From Octopus sinensis (Eukaryota), in the NCBI RefSeq assembly GCF_006345805.1, contig NC_042998.1:183954001-184018000 (forward strand): a stretch of DNA of 64,000 nucleotides, read 5' to 3'. The first letter of the stretch is position 1, and each line of letters starts with the position of its first letter. Shown in pieces: positions 11,934 through 23,389 of this stretch. The notes below the pieces were generated by a model that made no database searches, had not been told where the DNA came from, and worked only from the letters and a program-made list of their open reading frames with translations. The position numbers and the translations under genes were made by a program.

Positions 11934-12314
11934 TGAAGTCGTGGCTGTGATGCTGCTGCCAGGGTCACTTGGTACAGGAGTTCTTACAGGTTGTATATTC
12001 GCTGTTGATCCATGGTGAAGTAATTCACAAACAGTGAAGTACTGGAACCTGGTTGAGATGTGTGTGTAAAGAAATGATGTTGACAACGCAGAAAACATAA
12101 CTGTGACAACAAAAAAGGATGCTGCCATAATGTTGTTGGATGAAGTTGTAAGTCTCAACATGGCTGCTGTGGTGTCGTTGCTGGAACTGGCTGTGTCTTG
12201 TGTGGTCTAAAAAGATCTGGAAGTGAAAGACCTTGAAAGGAGGAGGTGAGTTATAAGGAGCTGTAGGCTCAAAATTGGGTTGAGAACAGGCTGTCTTGTG
12301 ATTTTATTTAGAGG
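11934..12314 (+). repeat. 381-bp direct repeat, copy 2
   Basis: Matches 8402-8782 and sits between the Tigger relic and a LINE tail. Confidence 0.92.
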
Positions 12315-12450
12315 TACGTGTCTTTAAAACAAAACTGGATCTCTTCCTGTCAAGGGTTCCAGACGAGCCTACCTCATGGCAGGAAACACAGATGAGGGCA
12401 GCGGCATCAAATTCCCTCATTGACCAAATGCCACATATCAGATGAGGTTT
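12315..12450 (+). mobile_element. Short LINE ORF2 C-terminal fragment (CR1/L2-like)
   Basis: FKTKLDLFLSRVPDEPT...RAAASNSLIDQM resembles the terminal motif of CR1/L2-type ORF2. Confidence 0.55.
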
Positions 12451-12589
12451 ACTACTTACTTAAGTGCATGCACACATAAACACATGTACACACACACACT
12501 CACACATAACCCTCACTATGAGTTGGATGGTTTTTCAGGATCCGACAAGTTGCAGGACAATCTCAAGCTCCAGCATTGGCTTTATGTGA

Positions 12590-12968
12590 CTTCTATGGTT
12601 GGATGTCCTTCCTAATGCCAATCACTTGGGTGTTAAATGGCTTCTGTGCCGGTGGCACATAAAAAGCACCATCCGAACGTGGCCGATGCCAGCACCGCCT
12701 TGACTGGCTTCTGTGCCGGTGGCACATAAAAAAAAGCACCAACCGATCGTGGCCAATGCCAGACCCCTCTGGCACCTGTGCAGGTGGCACGTAAAAAGCA
12801 CCCACTACACTCAAGGAGTGGTTGGCGTTAGGAAGGGCATCCAGCTGTAGAAACACTGCCAGATCAGACTGGAGCCTGGGGCAGCCCCTGGCTCCCCAGA
12901 CCCTGGTCGAACCGTCCAACCCATGCTAGCGCGGAAAACGGACGTTAAACGATGATGATGATGATGAT
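12590..12968 (+). mobile_element. Repeat B copy
   Basis: Three tandem units plus conserved 3' end. Confidence 0.82.
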
Positions 12969-13436
12969 TATGGTGATATATGACGGATTATCAAAATCAA
13001 GAGTAATGAATATCAAAGCTCAATGTTTAAAAATACTTCTCATTTAATAATTATTTTTAAATATTTGTCATCATTTATAATGTATGAATTGATTAAACTG
13101 AAATCATTTGGAATTTAATATCCAAACTAATGGTTTATTAAATTTTCATCTCTCTCCCTCTCACACACACAATTGTTTCTATTTTGAATAAAATGGAATT
13201 GTTTTATGAGTTGTTGCTTAGCCTCAAGTCAGCTTTGATGAAAGGGCCATTCCAGCATTTTTAAAAATACAATATGCTCTTAGCCATATAATCAAATGTG
13301 CCCAATTTTACTTTGGCAAAATGTAATTTGAGGTAGATTTGTTTGCTATTTCTAGCAGGTTACGTAATCACGAAGTTCCCATCACTGGCTTAAGTTTTAG
13401 GATGTATTTTCGAAAGGTTATTTAACCATAAGAATT

Positions 13437-13442
13437 TTTATT
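13437..13442 (-). promoter_or_regulatory. Candidate polyadenylation signal of UBOX5
   Basis: AATAAA on the minus strand about 100 nt past the stop codon. Confidence 0.4.
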
Positions 13443-13538
13443 ACAAATTTCAAAGCAAAAGTACATTCTTTCCAACTTTGTATGAAACATATACAAGTCA
13501 CAAAAAAAAAAAAAATTATTCATATATTAGAGAAGAAA

Positions 13539-15215
13539 TCAATCATAAAGTCGCTGAATCTCTTTGGAATTATAAGAATCCTTGCACTGCAAGCAAAAAT
13601 ATTTCATAGTACCATTCTCATTTCGGTAATTACTATTGAGACAATTTCGACACAGTATATGGGTGCAAGGCAACACATAGAGATGTGCCTCATTGCTTAT
13701 TTGACATTTTGCACATTTTTTAGCAATGATTTCTTTGCTATTCATAACTGGTGTACTGAAAGATGGAAGTGTACCTAAAGTTCGAGATAAAGCTGCTTCA
13801 AGGCTTTGGTTTAAATCATTCTCATGTGAATCTCTAATTACCCGAGCACTTTCAGATGTTTGTTGTCTTTTGGCAGTGTTACCAACATCATCACTAGTTT
13901 TTGAAGAAGATAAAGTTTTTCTCTTTAATCCAGGAGTTAGCATTTGAAAATTTTTTCCATCAGTAGTTCTGGATTGTGCAGAACTGTTGGAGATATTTTC
14001 GTGCTTTGTGTGAGATTTAATATGACCGTTCAAACTTGAAGCTGCCAAATTCTGATGTTTATTTAGTGATGAACATGATGCTTTAAGTTTAGTTGAAGAG
14101 TTACCATGCTGAAGAAATGTTTGGCTGCACATTTTTCGAGAATCAGCTCTTAAACGAGCAGGTTGGACCCAGCTTTTATTTTCTATAGACAATCCTTGAT
14201 TCTGTATGTCTGAAGCACGACCAATAGTTCTTGGTACATCAGAAAGTTGCTGAGAGTTGTCTAGGAGGAATTTATCAATCCTTACTTTGAGTGATGTATT
14301 CGGTACAGGTTTGTAAGTTGAAGTGAATTTAATGGAAGTGAAAAGGTTATTTGGTGTGCGTCCCCATCTTGATTCAGCATTATTATAATTGACTAATGTA
14401 GATTGGTCCACAGACTGACCAGAAGGTAACAACATCGGCATGGTCATTATTTCACATGTGATGGGATCTAGAAAATCTTCAGGAACATCAACACCATTTA
14501 AGTTAAAAGAATTGCTATTTGTAGGTAAAGAAGAAGTTGCGTTTTGATTAATAAAGTCGTCCGTGTTCACTGTGTCTGTCTCACAAACCTGATCATTCAA
14601 AAAACGTTCTTCAAAACAGGAATAAACTTTGCTTACGAGATTTGCGACACCGTTTGACACGGGTTTGGCCCATATTTCAAGTTTCCCAATGCAAGGGACA
14701 CTACTCCCCTCTGTCTGAGTTATTCTCAGTGACACGTGACTAACAAAAGTAAGAGATTTCTGTTGGTGGTGTTTCAAAGGTAATTCTAATTGACAAAGCA
14801 TTGTACTAGGTATTTCCCGCTGGCCTTTAAAACTATAATTACGGAAACAAAACGTTTTTGCTTCTTTAAGAAGAGTTCTTCCGACTGGAACAAAAATACC
14901 ATCTGTATTAACAGACGGTGTCAGACTGGAGTTCATCAACCACGAATCCATCACAACTTCAGATTTTGTGTGTACCTCAAAGCCTAGAGATTTTTGTCGA
15001 CCAACAAAGGGATTGATACATATTTTGAAAATTTCAACATTACATGGGAATTTCAACGTTATAGTTACTGGTGGTTTGATAAATCGTTCCACCATAAAAC
15101 CTTGGTTTCGATAGGATGTCTGCTGTATAAGATTATTAATTTCATAGCCATCATAAGTTGGTTTGTTACAAACAATCGCTGGTTTTAAACTACTGTGACA
15201 AAGATTAACCAGCAT
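13539..15215 (-). CDS. UBOX5: U-box domain-containing protein 5 (RING finger protein 37), 558 aa, single coding exon
   Basis: N-terminus MLVNLCHSSLKPAIVCNKPTYDGYEINNLI...FIKPPVTITLKFPCNVEI matches the UBOX5 N-terminal domain. U-box VPEDFLDPITCEIMTMPMLLPSGQSVDQSTL...WGRTP...SLKVRIDKFLL. C-terminal RING CAKC...LPCTHILCRNCL...CLQC. ATG at 15215-15213. Confidence 0.95.
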   Translation of the reverse strand: MLVNLCHSSLKPAIVCNKPTYDGYEINNLIQQTSYRNQGFMVERFIKPPVTITLKFPCNVEIFKICINPFVGRQKSLGFEVHTKSEVVMDSWLMNSSLTPSVNTDGIFVPVGRTLLKEAKTFCFRNYSFKGQREIPSTMLCQLELPLKHHQQKSLTFVSHVSLRITQTEGSSVPCIGKLEIWAKPVSNGVANLVSKVYSCFEERFLNDQVCETDTVNTDDFINQNATSSLPTNSNSFNLNGVDVPEDFLDPITCEIMTMPMLLPSGQSVDQSTLVNYNNAESRWGRTPNNLFTSIKFTSTYKPVPNTSLKVRIDKFLLDNSQQLSDVPRTIGRASDIQNQGLSIENKSWVQPARLRADSRKMCSQTFLQHGNSSTKLKASCSSLNKHQNLAASSLNGHIKSHTKHENISNSSAQSRTTDGKNFQMLTPGLKRKTLSSSKTSDDVGNTAKRQQTSESARVIRDSHENDLNQSLEAALSRTLGTLPSFSTPVMNSKEIIAKKCAKCQISNEAHLYVLPCTHILCRNCLNSNYRNENGTMKYFCLQCKDSYNSKEIQRLYD

Positions 15216-15274
15216 TATTCAAAGAAGATACTGACTGATTCAAAATATCTTTCATTGGTGTGAATATAATCCAC

Positions 15275-15292
15275 CCTATAACAGAAGAAAAC
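15275..15292 (-). promoter_or_regulatory. Putative splice acceptor in the UBOX5 5'UTR
   Basis: Minus strand reads ttttcttctgttatag|ggtgg, 60 nt upstream of the ATG, implying a non-coding upstream exon. Confidence 0.5.
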
Positions 15293-15964
15293 CAGTTTAG
15301 TAGGGAAAACAATTTTAAATTTAACCATAAAAAATATTTTTTGACATTATTATCTAAAATTATAAAATAAAAATAGACAAGACAAAAACTAGGTAAATAT
15401 TGGTTTCAAATTTTGGCACAAGGCCAGCAAGATCAGGAGAGCAGTGTAGTCAATTATACTGACTCCAGTGCTCAACTGCTACTTATTTTATCGACCCTGA
15501 AGGAATGAAAGGCAAAGTTAACCTCAGTAGAGGTTAACTCAAAACATAAAAACATGTCGAAATACCATTAAGCATCTTGCCTGGTGTGCTAAGAATTCGC
15601 CAGCTCACAGCTTAAACTACGTAAATATTATTAAAGATAATATTAAGGCTGAAATTATGGGGGTCATGAAAGGTAACAAAAAAAGGAAAAAAAACCATTC
15701 CAGTTGTGACAGTTCTGTATTTAGAGATATCTTGGACTACAATATCCAATGCATGTTTTTCTTATTTAAAGCAGATGTGAGTTGAAGGAGATCCTTCAGC
15801 TATTTTCAATAGGCTGAGCAACCAAATTGAATCTCTACTGACTCATCAAACATCTGTAATTAGTTGCTGAAGTTAACTGACTAAAAGCTAAATTTGTACA
15901 AGTTTAGTGGTTACGAAAAAACGAATTGAAGGCTTGATAGAAAGAATATCTGTCTGTGTGTCTG

Positions 15965-16362
15965 TCTATCTCTTTCACTTGTTTCAGTCATTAGACTGCG
16001 GCCATGCTGGAGCACCGCCTTTAGTCGAGCAAATTGACCCTGGGACTTATTCTTTGTAAGCCCAGTACTTATTCTATCGGTCTCTTTTGCCGAACTGCTA
16101 AGTGACGGGGACATAAACACACCAGCATCGGTTGTCAAGCAATGCTAGGGGGACAAACACAGACACACAAACATATACACACACATACATGCATATATAC
16201 GACAAGCTTCTTTCAGTTTCCGTCTACCAAATCCACTCATAAGGCATTGGTCGGCCCAAGGCTATAGCAGAAGACACTTGCCCAAGATGCCACGCAGTGG
16301 GACTGAACCCGGAACCATGTGGTTGGTAAGCAAGCTACTTACCACACAGCCACTCCTGCACC
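15965..16362 (-). mobile_element. SINE family A copy
   Basis: High identity to 4783-5198. Confidence 0.85.
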
Positions 16363-16408
16363 TATATATATATTTATATCTATCTATCTATATCGATATA
16401 TATATATA

Positions 16409-16492
16409 CCGGAGTAAACACATAAATGTGAAACAAGGTGGAAAAAAGAGTACTCAAATACCAGTGGTAGAGTAATATGCTTTAAATAAAGT

Positions 16493-16525
<33 letters not shown>

Positions 16526-16580
16526 CACTTTTATTAAAGCGACAAAATCTTCACAAAACTGTTACTCAGAGTTTCATGTT
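16409..16580 (-). mobile_element. Second, partial copy of the short hammerhead-bearing element
   Basis: Near-identical left end to 21789. Retains the 3' half of the ribozyme (GAAACUCUGAGUAACAGUUUU) and has an internal (TA)n expansion. Confidence 0.6.
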
Positions 16581-17468
16581 CCTGTTTGCTGTACCTCGAA
16601 AACATTTAGAAAAATGTATGTAACCTCTTTGTTAGATCATGTACCCAGGCATATATTTTAGTAGTTTTGAACATATAAACACATACAATGTTTATAGATG
16701 TACAATAACAAGTGAACCAGATATCATACCTCCATACCCACAGTTTACACAGGTAGGGTAGAATAGTTAGTGGGCTGTTATGTAGATGTATGTATATATG
16801 TGTGTGTATGTACATGTATGTAAGCATATGGATGTGAAAATAAACAGATCAACATGCAGACGGATAGGTACATAAGTTATATGAACAGACAAGCACACAT
16901 ACGCAAATGGAGAGTAAAACACATGACCATATATACACACACACACACTTTACTTCACACAAGGACACATATGGAGACACGTGTCCACACATATAGAGAT
17001 GCATATCCATACATACAAACATGGTACATAGTTGCAAAACACACACACACAAGGAGACAGAGGTGCATACATATACAAACACACATACATAGAAAATACA
17101 CAAACACGGACATGTAAGCACATAAATATACAGATGCACACACATACATCATTGTCATCATCATCGTTTAATGTCCGCTTTCCATGCTAGCATGGGTTGG
17201 ATACATATGCATACACATACATATATACATACACACACATGTATACATACATACATACATGTATGCATGCATGGGCACACACACACTGACCCACACACAT
17301 GCGCACAATCAAGCAAAAAGCAACGCAGTGTAAATAACAGACAGAGTCAAGACTATTGAAAAGATTGCATGATGCAATGAAAATTTTAGAAAAATAAAAA
17401 TAAGAAATAAGTGGAAATTTTACCGGTGAGTGTGTTAAATTATAAGGTACAAAAAGAAAATGACACAA

Positions 17469-17536
<68 letters not shown>

Positions 17537-17960
17537 AATCTTGCAAGCACAAAGTGGATTTGATCCACCATAGCCAAATTTAAATTAACATTGCAAAAGA
17601 ATTGTTCCCACGGTGGAACAATGGTTTTTCTCTGACAGCAGTTTTACATTTTCCAGATGCCTTTCGCTAGGCTAAAATAATGTCTTCACCACTTGACCCT
17701 TTCTAACCTCTTCAACTTCATCAAAAGCTAGAATCAAGATAACAAGACCACCAACTAAATCTACTGTTCTCAATGATATATCTATCCTTCTGAATAGTTA
17801 TAAAAGCAAGCACACCCCAAGCAAAAATCAGTTAGTCACAGTCGGTGACGACTCAACCAAGTAGTCACTTGGCGACAACTGGGCGAGGCAGCTCGTGACA
17901 ACTCAATTAGTTAGGGAACGGACTGCTAGAATAAGGATCACAAGGAATGCCTCTACTAAA

Positions 17961-19434
17961 GTTAAGTTAAGTTAATTTTTTGGCTCAAAAAGCAAAAAGC
18001 AAGGCCATGTAGGGGGACATGGAGTTATGTACAGGGTGGTGTTCATGCAAAGAGTTCAGGCCATTTCTGGTCAAGAGAGACTTTGAACCGAGCGGTTGTC
18101 GGCATCTTCACTATCTCGTCCGGCAGCTTATTCCACAGGTCTACAACCCGGACGGAGAAAGCCCCTCTCTTTCGATTGAGATGAAATCATCACAGATAGA
18201 GCTTTTCGGAGTGACCCCGCAGCCAACGCTCTGGAGCAGGAGTGAAGAACAGCTCTTTCGAGAGGGTACACTTTCTGCTTATGATGTTGTGAGCAAGAAT
18301 GAGATCACCACGGTGGCGGCGTTTTTCTAGAGAATAAAGGTTGAGCGTCTTCAGCCTTTCTTCATAAGACAAATGCTTGAGACCAAGAACCATGCGGGTA
18401 ACCAGCTTCTGGACTCTTTCGAGATGATGTATGTCTTTGAGGAGATAAGGAGAAGAGGCTTGAATCCCATACTCCAATATGGGCCTCACCAGCGTGACAT
18501 AGAGCGGTAGGAATATGGCTGCTGTGAGCATTCCAAATGACCATTAAATCAAAAACAGAACTCCGCGTGCTTTGTTGGCAGCATGGACGCACTGGGCTGA
18601 AGGCGAAAAGGAAGAATCCACCAAGATACCCAGGTCCTTTACCTGGTCGGTCCTCTCCAGCAGCAGACGACCCGGCTCGAAATCAAGTTGAGTTGCAGGA
18701 GAAGAGCCAACAGGCAGATGACAGCACTTTAACACGTTCAGACACAGGTTCCATTCGTTAGACCATCTCCAAACTTGGTGGAGGCATCGACGAAGATCAT
18801 CTATATCACCGCAAGGAGCGACCAGTTTGACATCATCGGCAAATAGAAGGGTGTGTTGCATGAGGTCGTCGGGCAAGTCATTTATGAAGACTAAGAACAA
18901 TAAGGGCCCAAGCACTGAACCTTGGGGCACGCCACTGCTCACACTGGAGACGTCGGACAGCGAACTATTAACTTGAACTTGGAAGGAGCGATCTGAGAGG
19001 AAGGCACCAACCCATCGTACAATATCTGGATGGAAACTATATGCTTGAAGCTTGACAAGTAATAGGCGGTGGTTTACCGCATCAAAAGCTTTGGCAAAGT
19101 CCAATAAAACGATGTCAACAGCATCACCATCATCCAGGATATGCGTCACCAATTCTTCCATTACCAGTAAGTTGGTCAAGCATGATCTCTTCAGCATGAA
19201 GCCATGTTGGGAATCAGAGATAGAGGCTGTGTTTTGGAGGTGGAGCAACATACTTTTCTTAAGGATGGTTTCGAATATCTTGCTGATTATTGAAGTAAGG
19301 CAAACCGGTCGGTAGTTAAGCAGGTCTTCGCGGCTCCCTTTCTTGAAAATTGGGCAGATTATCGCTGTTCTCCAGTCCGCAGGTATAACACCCGTCGCCA
19401 ATGACATATTGAATAGAAGTGTTAAAGGTTTGCA
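17961..19434 (-). mobile_element. CR1-type LINE, 5'-truncated, RT domain plus 3' end, one frameshift
   Basis: NYRPVCLTS...QHGFMLKRSC...LDFAKAFDAV...GVPQGSVLGPLLFLVFINDLP...LFADD...DLGILVD. Frameshift near 18540 and a (TTAAC)n tail. Confidence 0.93.
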
Positions 19435-20839
19435 GCGAGAAAAATGAAGTTTACTGTCAGCAACTGTGAGACAACACCCTACAACTCTCACTAGCTCTAA
19501 TTCTATTCTCTTACAACATCATTCAATCTCTCTCCGCAATTACTACTAAACAATGAAGAGAACACATACACAAACTTTACTTCGCATGCTTTTGGATTTA
19601 TCATAACCTGCCCATCGAGGCAAGGTATTGTAACGTAACGGTGTATAAATACTTTCTTAAAACTTCATGCATTGTTCATCTTTCACATCCTACAGTATGC
19701 AATTATAGAGAGAGAGATTACTCAATAAAAAGAATGAAAATATTTTTATCGAAAAATAGTTTCAGAAATTAAAAACCTTACTATATAAACCTTATTGTAT
19801 TTCCTATCACGCTAACTTGTTTCAGTCTATCAGCTGGTTACGTTCCTATAACAAAGAAGATTCTTACCAATTGTTCTGATCGAACACACTAGCATCAAAA
19901 ACATTCACCGTCCGGTCTATTTGCTTTTCTTTGTCTTCTTCAGACATAGTGTACCCCCAGAACAACACAAACCAATATTTTTGTCTTTTAAGTCATTAGA
20001 GTGTTTGAGGAAAATTTAGACGTTATTTCTAGCTGTCAAATTTTCGCTCGCTTCATATAAGTTGTAGGTATAGGGCAGTACCAGCAAATCAGCTCAAAGA
20101 TTTAATATTTACACACGTTTCCCAAGACGGGTGGATGTAAGAGAAGAAATCTACCCAAAATATTACTAATATTTGTTCAATCACACACCAGGAAGGTACA
20201 AAACAAAGCAAATTCAGTAAATCTTCGAGGTATTTCAATGTAAAAATACGTGAGGGTGGGAGATTTGATGAACTTGTTTAGCTAAAGACAGTGTAAAAAT
20301 AAAATAGTTACAAATCATGTTAACTGATAATAATACAATAAAAATATTTACGTTAATATTAAATCCAAAACTACTGCATCGACCTCTTTAACTATATTTC
20401 ATGCAGTCACCATTTCATAGCACCGGAATGTTTATTAGTGAAAACTAACCGAAAACTTCAGCAGAAAATAAATTATAGACACTTCGTAATATAATGATTA
20501 GTTTTAAGAAAATATATTTAATTTCGTCTTTTATTTCTGTTGCAGTGAGAGTCTTAAAAAGAATAATACTTTTAATTAAATTTAATTAAATTTTTAAAAT
20601 GGTCAAGCTATGCCATTAGTTATGTCTGAAATATTCGTAAACTTGTACATTTCTTTGTTGTCATCTAGAGACGATTCCTTCTCCAGAGGATTTCTTACAA
20701 TAAATATTTATATATTTCACGCTTGTTTTTAATTTTCTCGTATCTCTCAAGCTAAAATAAAATATTCTTCGATGAATATTACAGAAACAGATTATTGCAG
20801 AGAAGAGAATCAATACTTCAAACATCTTAAACTCCGGTG

Positions 20840-21290
20840 TCTTGTTGGCTGTCACATAATGACAAGTGTCAGTCCATTAACCAACCCCACACCGAATGTG
20901 CATGAAATGGAGGAAAATTCAGGTGGAGGAAGACTAGAAAGCGGCTGGCACTCGATGTAACGCGTTACGAGAGAAGATCGTATAGACCAGGGCAGATGAC
21001 GATATGGAGACAAATCGTGATGGGCGACTGCGATTGAAGTTTCAGGAATGCTGAACGAGATATTCTTAGCAAGGGGCTCGGTGGACAAATTATTCATAGA
21101 CAACAGCATCGCATTTCGTTGAGGGCTGCTGAAAGAAACGCTCGACAAATAGAATGTCAGACGCTTCTTCGGAGCTGATATAGTCCAAGTAGAAATAAGA
21201 TTATGGAAAAACACCATCGAACAATCAAAGCCATTATTGAGAAGGGGAAATCTTCCCCCTTGAAGCAGTCTTCTTGCACAACACTGTAAT
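20840..21290 (+). mobile_element. Decayed Gypsy LTR-retrotransposon integrase fragment
   Basis: Across frameshifts: DKCQSIN...KRLALDVTRY...PGQMTIWRQI...MLNEIFLARGSVDKLFIDNSIAFR...NVRRFF...PSRNKIMEKHHRTIKAI. These fit the zinc-finger CC and the D,D,E core. Confidence 0.78.
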
Positions 21291-21732
21291 AAATCTGTTC
21301 CTCTTATCATACTTCATCTTCTCATCACCTTGCCTCAAATCATCTCTTCCTCTCTCTCTCCTGTTATGGTGGTTGCTTAGTTTTGCCAAAAAAAAAGCAA
21401 CTTTGGTAGTTCTGGTACTATGAAAGAGAAAAAAAAGCACCCGGTACACTCTGTAGAATGGTTGGTGTAAGGAAGTGCATCCAATCCTTCCTAACCATGC
21501 ACATCCTGAGACATCAAAACATGACATGGTCCTTCTGACTGGTCGGATTTATGTTGAAATAATATTTAACTTATGCCACTATGGAAGGCAGACATAAATG
21601 ATGAAGATGATGATGATGGTGGTGGTGACCATGATTATGATGATGATAATGTCTGTTTCGGTAGTTTCTCCTGGTGATCTCAAGCTCCTTCCCCTCCTGC
21701 TGTGTAAGTGTGTGTACGTTGTGTATGTATAC

Positions 21733-21788
<56 letters not shown>

Positions 21789-21789
<1 letters not shown>

Positions 21790-21980
21790 GGAGTAAACAC
21801 ATAAATGTGAAACAAGTGGAAAAAGAGTACTCAAATACCAGTGGTAGAGTAATATGCTTTATGTAAAGCAGCAGAGAAATTCAACAAACCTGTTACTCTG
21901 AGTTTCCGTTGCCGTTCATCGGACAGTTTTTGCTAGAAAAAACTAGCAAAAACTGTCGATGAACGGCAACGGGAAACTAT
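21789..21980 (-). mobile_element. Short non-coding hammerhead-bearing element (probable Penelope pseudo-LTR derivative) with terminal fold-back
   Basis: Same left end (ccggagtaaacacataaatgtgaaacaag...) as the copy at 16409. Hammerhead motif at 21889-21930. Inverted repeat 21901-21936 / 21943-21978. Confidence 0.65.
21889..21930 (-). ncRNA. Minimal type-I hammerhead ribozyme motif (U4C variant)
   Basis: Minus strand: AAAACUGU CCGAUGA ACGGCAACG GAAA CUCAGAGU A ACAG G. Stem I CUGU/ACAG, near-palindromic stem III ACUC-A-GAGU, GUA triplet. Confidence 0.6.
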
Positions 21981-22113
21981 ATAAAGTATATATATATATA
22001 TATATAATGAGGAGATAAATTGAATATTAATTTAATTAATATTAATTTAAAACCAGTAGCCTAGCATATATAAAAAACTGAAAATCAGAAAAAAGTTTCA
22101 ATACATGTGTATA

Positions 22114-22310
22114 CTTAGGGATAAACCACTAGGTGGATACCAATATGCTAGAAGATCACATACGATCTAACTACAAAGAAAAGAATGTTCTCCAGTTCTT
22201 CTTCTGGTGTTTGCTGAATTTCTCTGGAGAACATTCTTTTCTTTGTAGTTAGATCATATGTGATCTTCTTCTAGCATATTGGTTATCCACCTAGTGGTTT
22301 ATCCCTAAAT
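22114..22310. repeat. Long inverted repeat (about 82-88 bp arms, about 27 bp spacer)
   Basis: ttagggataaaccactaggtggataccaatatgctagaagatcacatacgatctaactacaaagaaaagaatgttctccag is mirrored by ctggagaacattcttttctttgtagttagatcatatgtgatcttcttctagcatattggttatccacctagtggtttatccctaa. Confidence 0.9.
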
Positions 22311-23324
22311 ACACACACACATATATATATATATGTCTATATGTATGTATGTCCTGGATATGACTTTAAACTGCATCCAGTAGTGGAGCCCTAACTCAGT
22401 TGATCCAGGATTTGAGGAGTGTGGTAACCTCTTCTTAGCCATTATTGTTCCCAGGTCTACTCTGACCCCAAAGTAGCAGCATGTATGAAGGTCCCAGTTA
22501 TAGGTTAATTAGCATGTTAGGGATTTCCTACCTATGCATATGAAGACTAGGCCTGGTTGAATTATGCAGAAGAAACCTTCATTGTTTGATGGAAGGGAAG
22601 GCAGCTGCAGAAATGCAATATGGAGTGTGGGGAGCAAGACAAGACAAGTAAGACATCTTCGTGATGCACTGTATCTACAGACATGGAAGTGCTGTTGGTA
22701 GGGCATGTCCAAGACGTGGAAATAGTGACAAAACTGTTCTGCATGCTCTTACCCAATGCCTGAGCATTGCTGATTTGTTGGTTTATGCCGAACACCTGCT
22801 GTTACATGTAAAATGGATCCATCTATTGGCTGAGTCCATTGTGAAGATTGTTCTGTCACCTTCCTTTGGCCAAGCGGAGCAGGCAGTGTTTATCTGTTTG
22901 GTGGCCTGAGCGAAAGAGGTTGTGTGGTGGGCCAGATGGAAAGGGCTAAAGATAGACACTTTCCTCTTTGGCCAAGCCCTCATGAATTTTTTTCAAGCTT
23001 CACTTGAATAGGAAAGTGATGGTGGAAAGGGAAGTGCTGTCTCCTGGTGATTTTTTGGAAGGTGGGTGAATGTGGCGATAATGGTCAAAGCTTGCACCTA
23101 TAGATTGAAGGAAGAGGACAAGGAAAGGGTACTTGCCCTAGTGGTCAGGGCAACTGTGGTTTTGTGGGGTTTCCACAAGCAACCTTAGGAAGTCTCCCAC
23201 TTTCATTGTTGAAATTATATTTATTATTGTTATTTTTTCCATGCTCCTTTATGTAACCCCAGTGTATTGTACTGTACCAGCTCCCATGTTTCTGTGAACC
23301 CTTTAGTGGTTAATAAAGTAAATA

Positions 23325-23344
23325 TTATCATTATCATTATTATC

Positions 23345-23389
<45 letters not shown>
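23325..23389. repeat. (ATT)n microsatellite
   Basis: Seen directly; another at 34891-34942. Confidence 0.95.

Noticed and set aside
16849-17552. ORFs rich in YI/CV/HT repeats (also 3840-4031, 5074-5496, 21571-21834, 40042-40449)
   Set aside because: They are translations of (TA)n/(CA)n microsatellites.
19868-19948. Apparent coding first exon MSEEDKEKQIDRTVNVFDASVFDQNN on the minus strand
   Set aside because: The ATG lies in a dispersed repeat (cttcagacatagtgta, also near 58105). The peptide is unrecognisable and UBOX5 already has its conserved start.
20852-21310. 152-aa minus-strand ORF
   Set aside because: It is the antisense shadow of a decayed Gypsy integrase on the plus strand.
22090-22225. 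Possible fourth hammerhead (GAAAC on the minus strand near 22097)
   Set aside because: No CUGANGA core at a workable distance and no stem I/III pairing.
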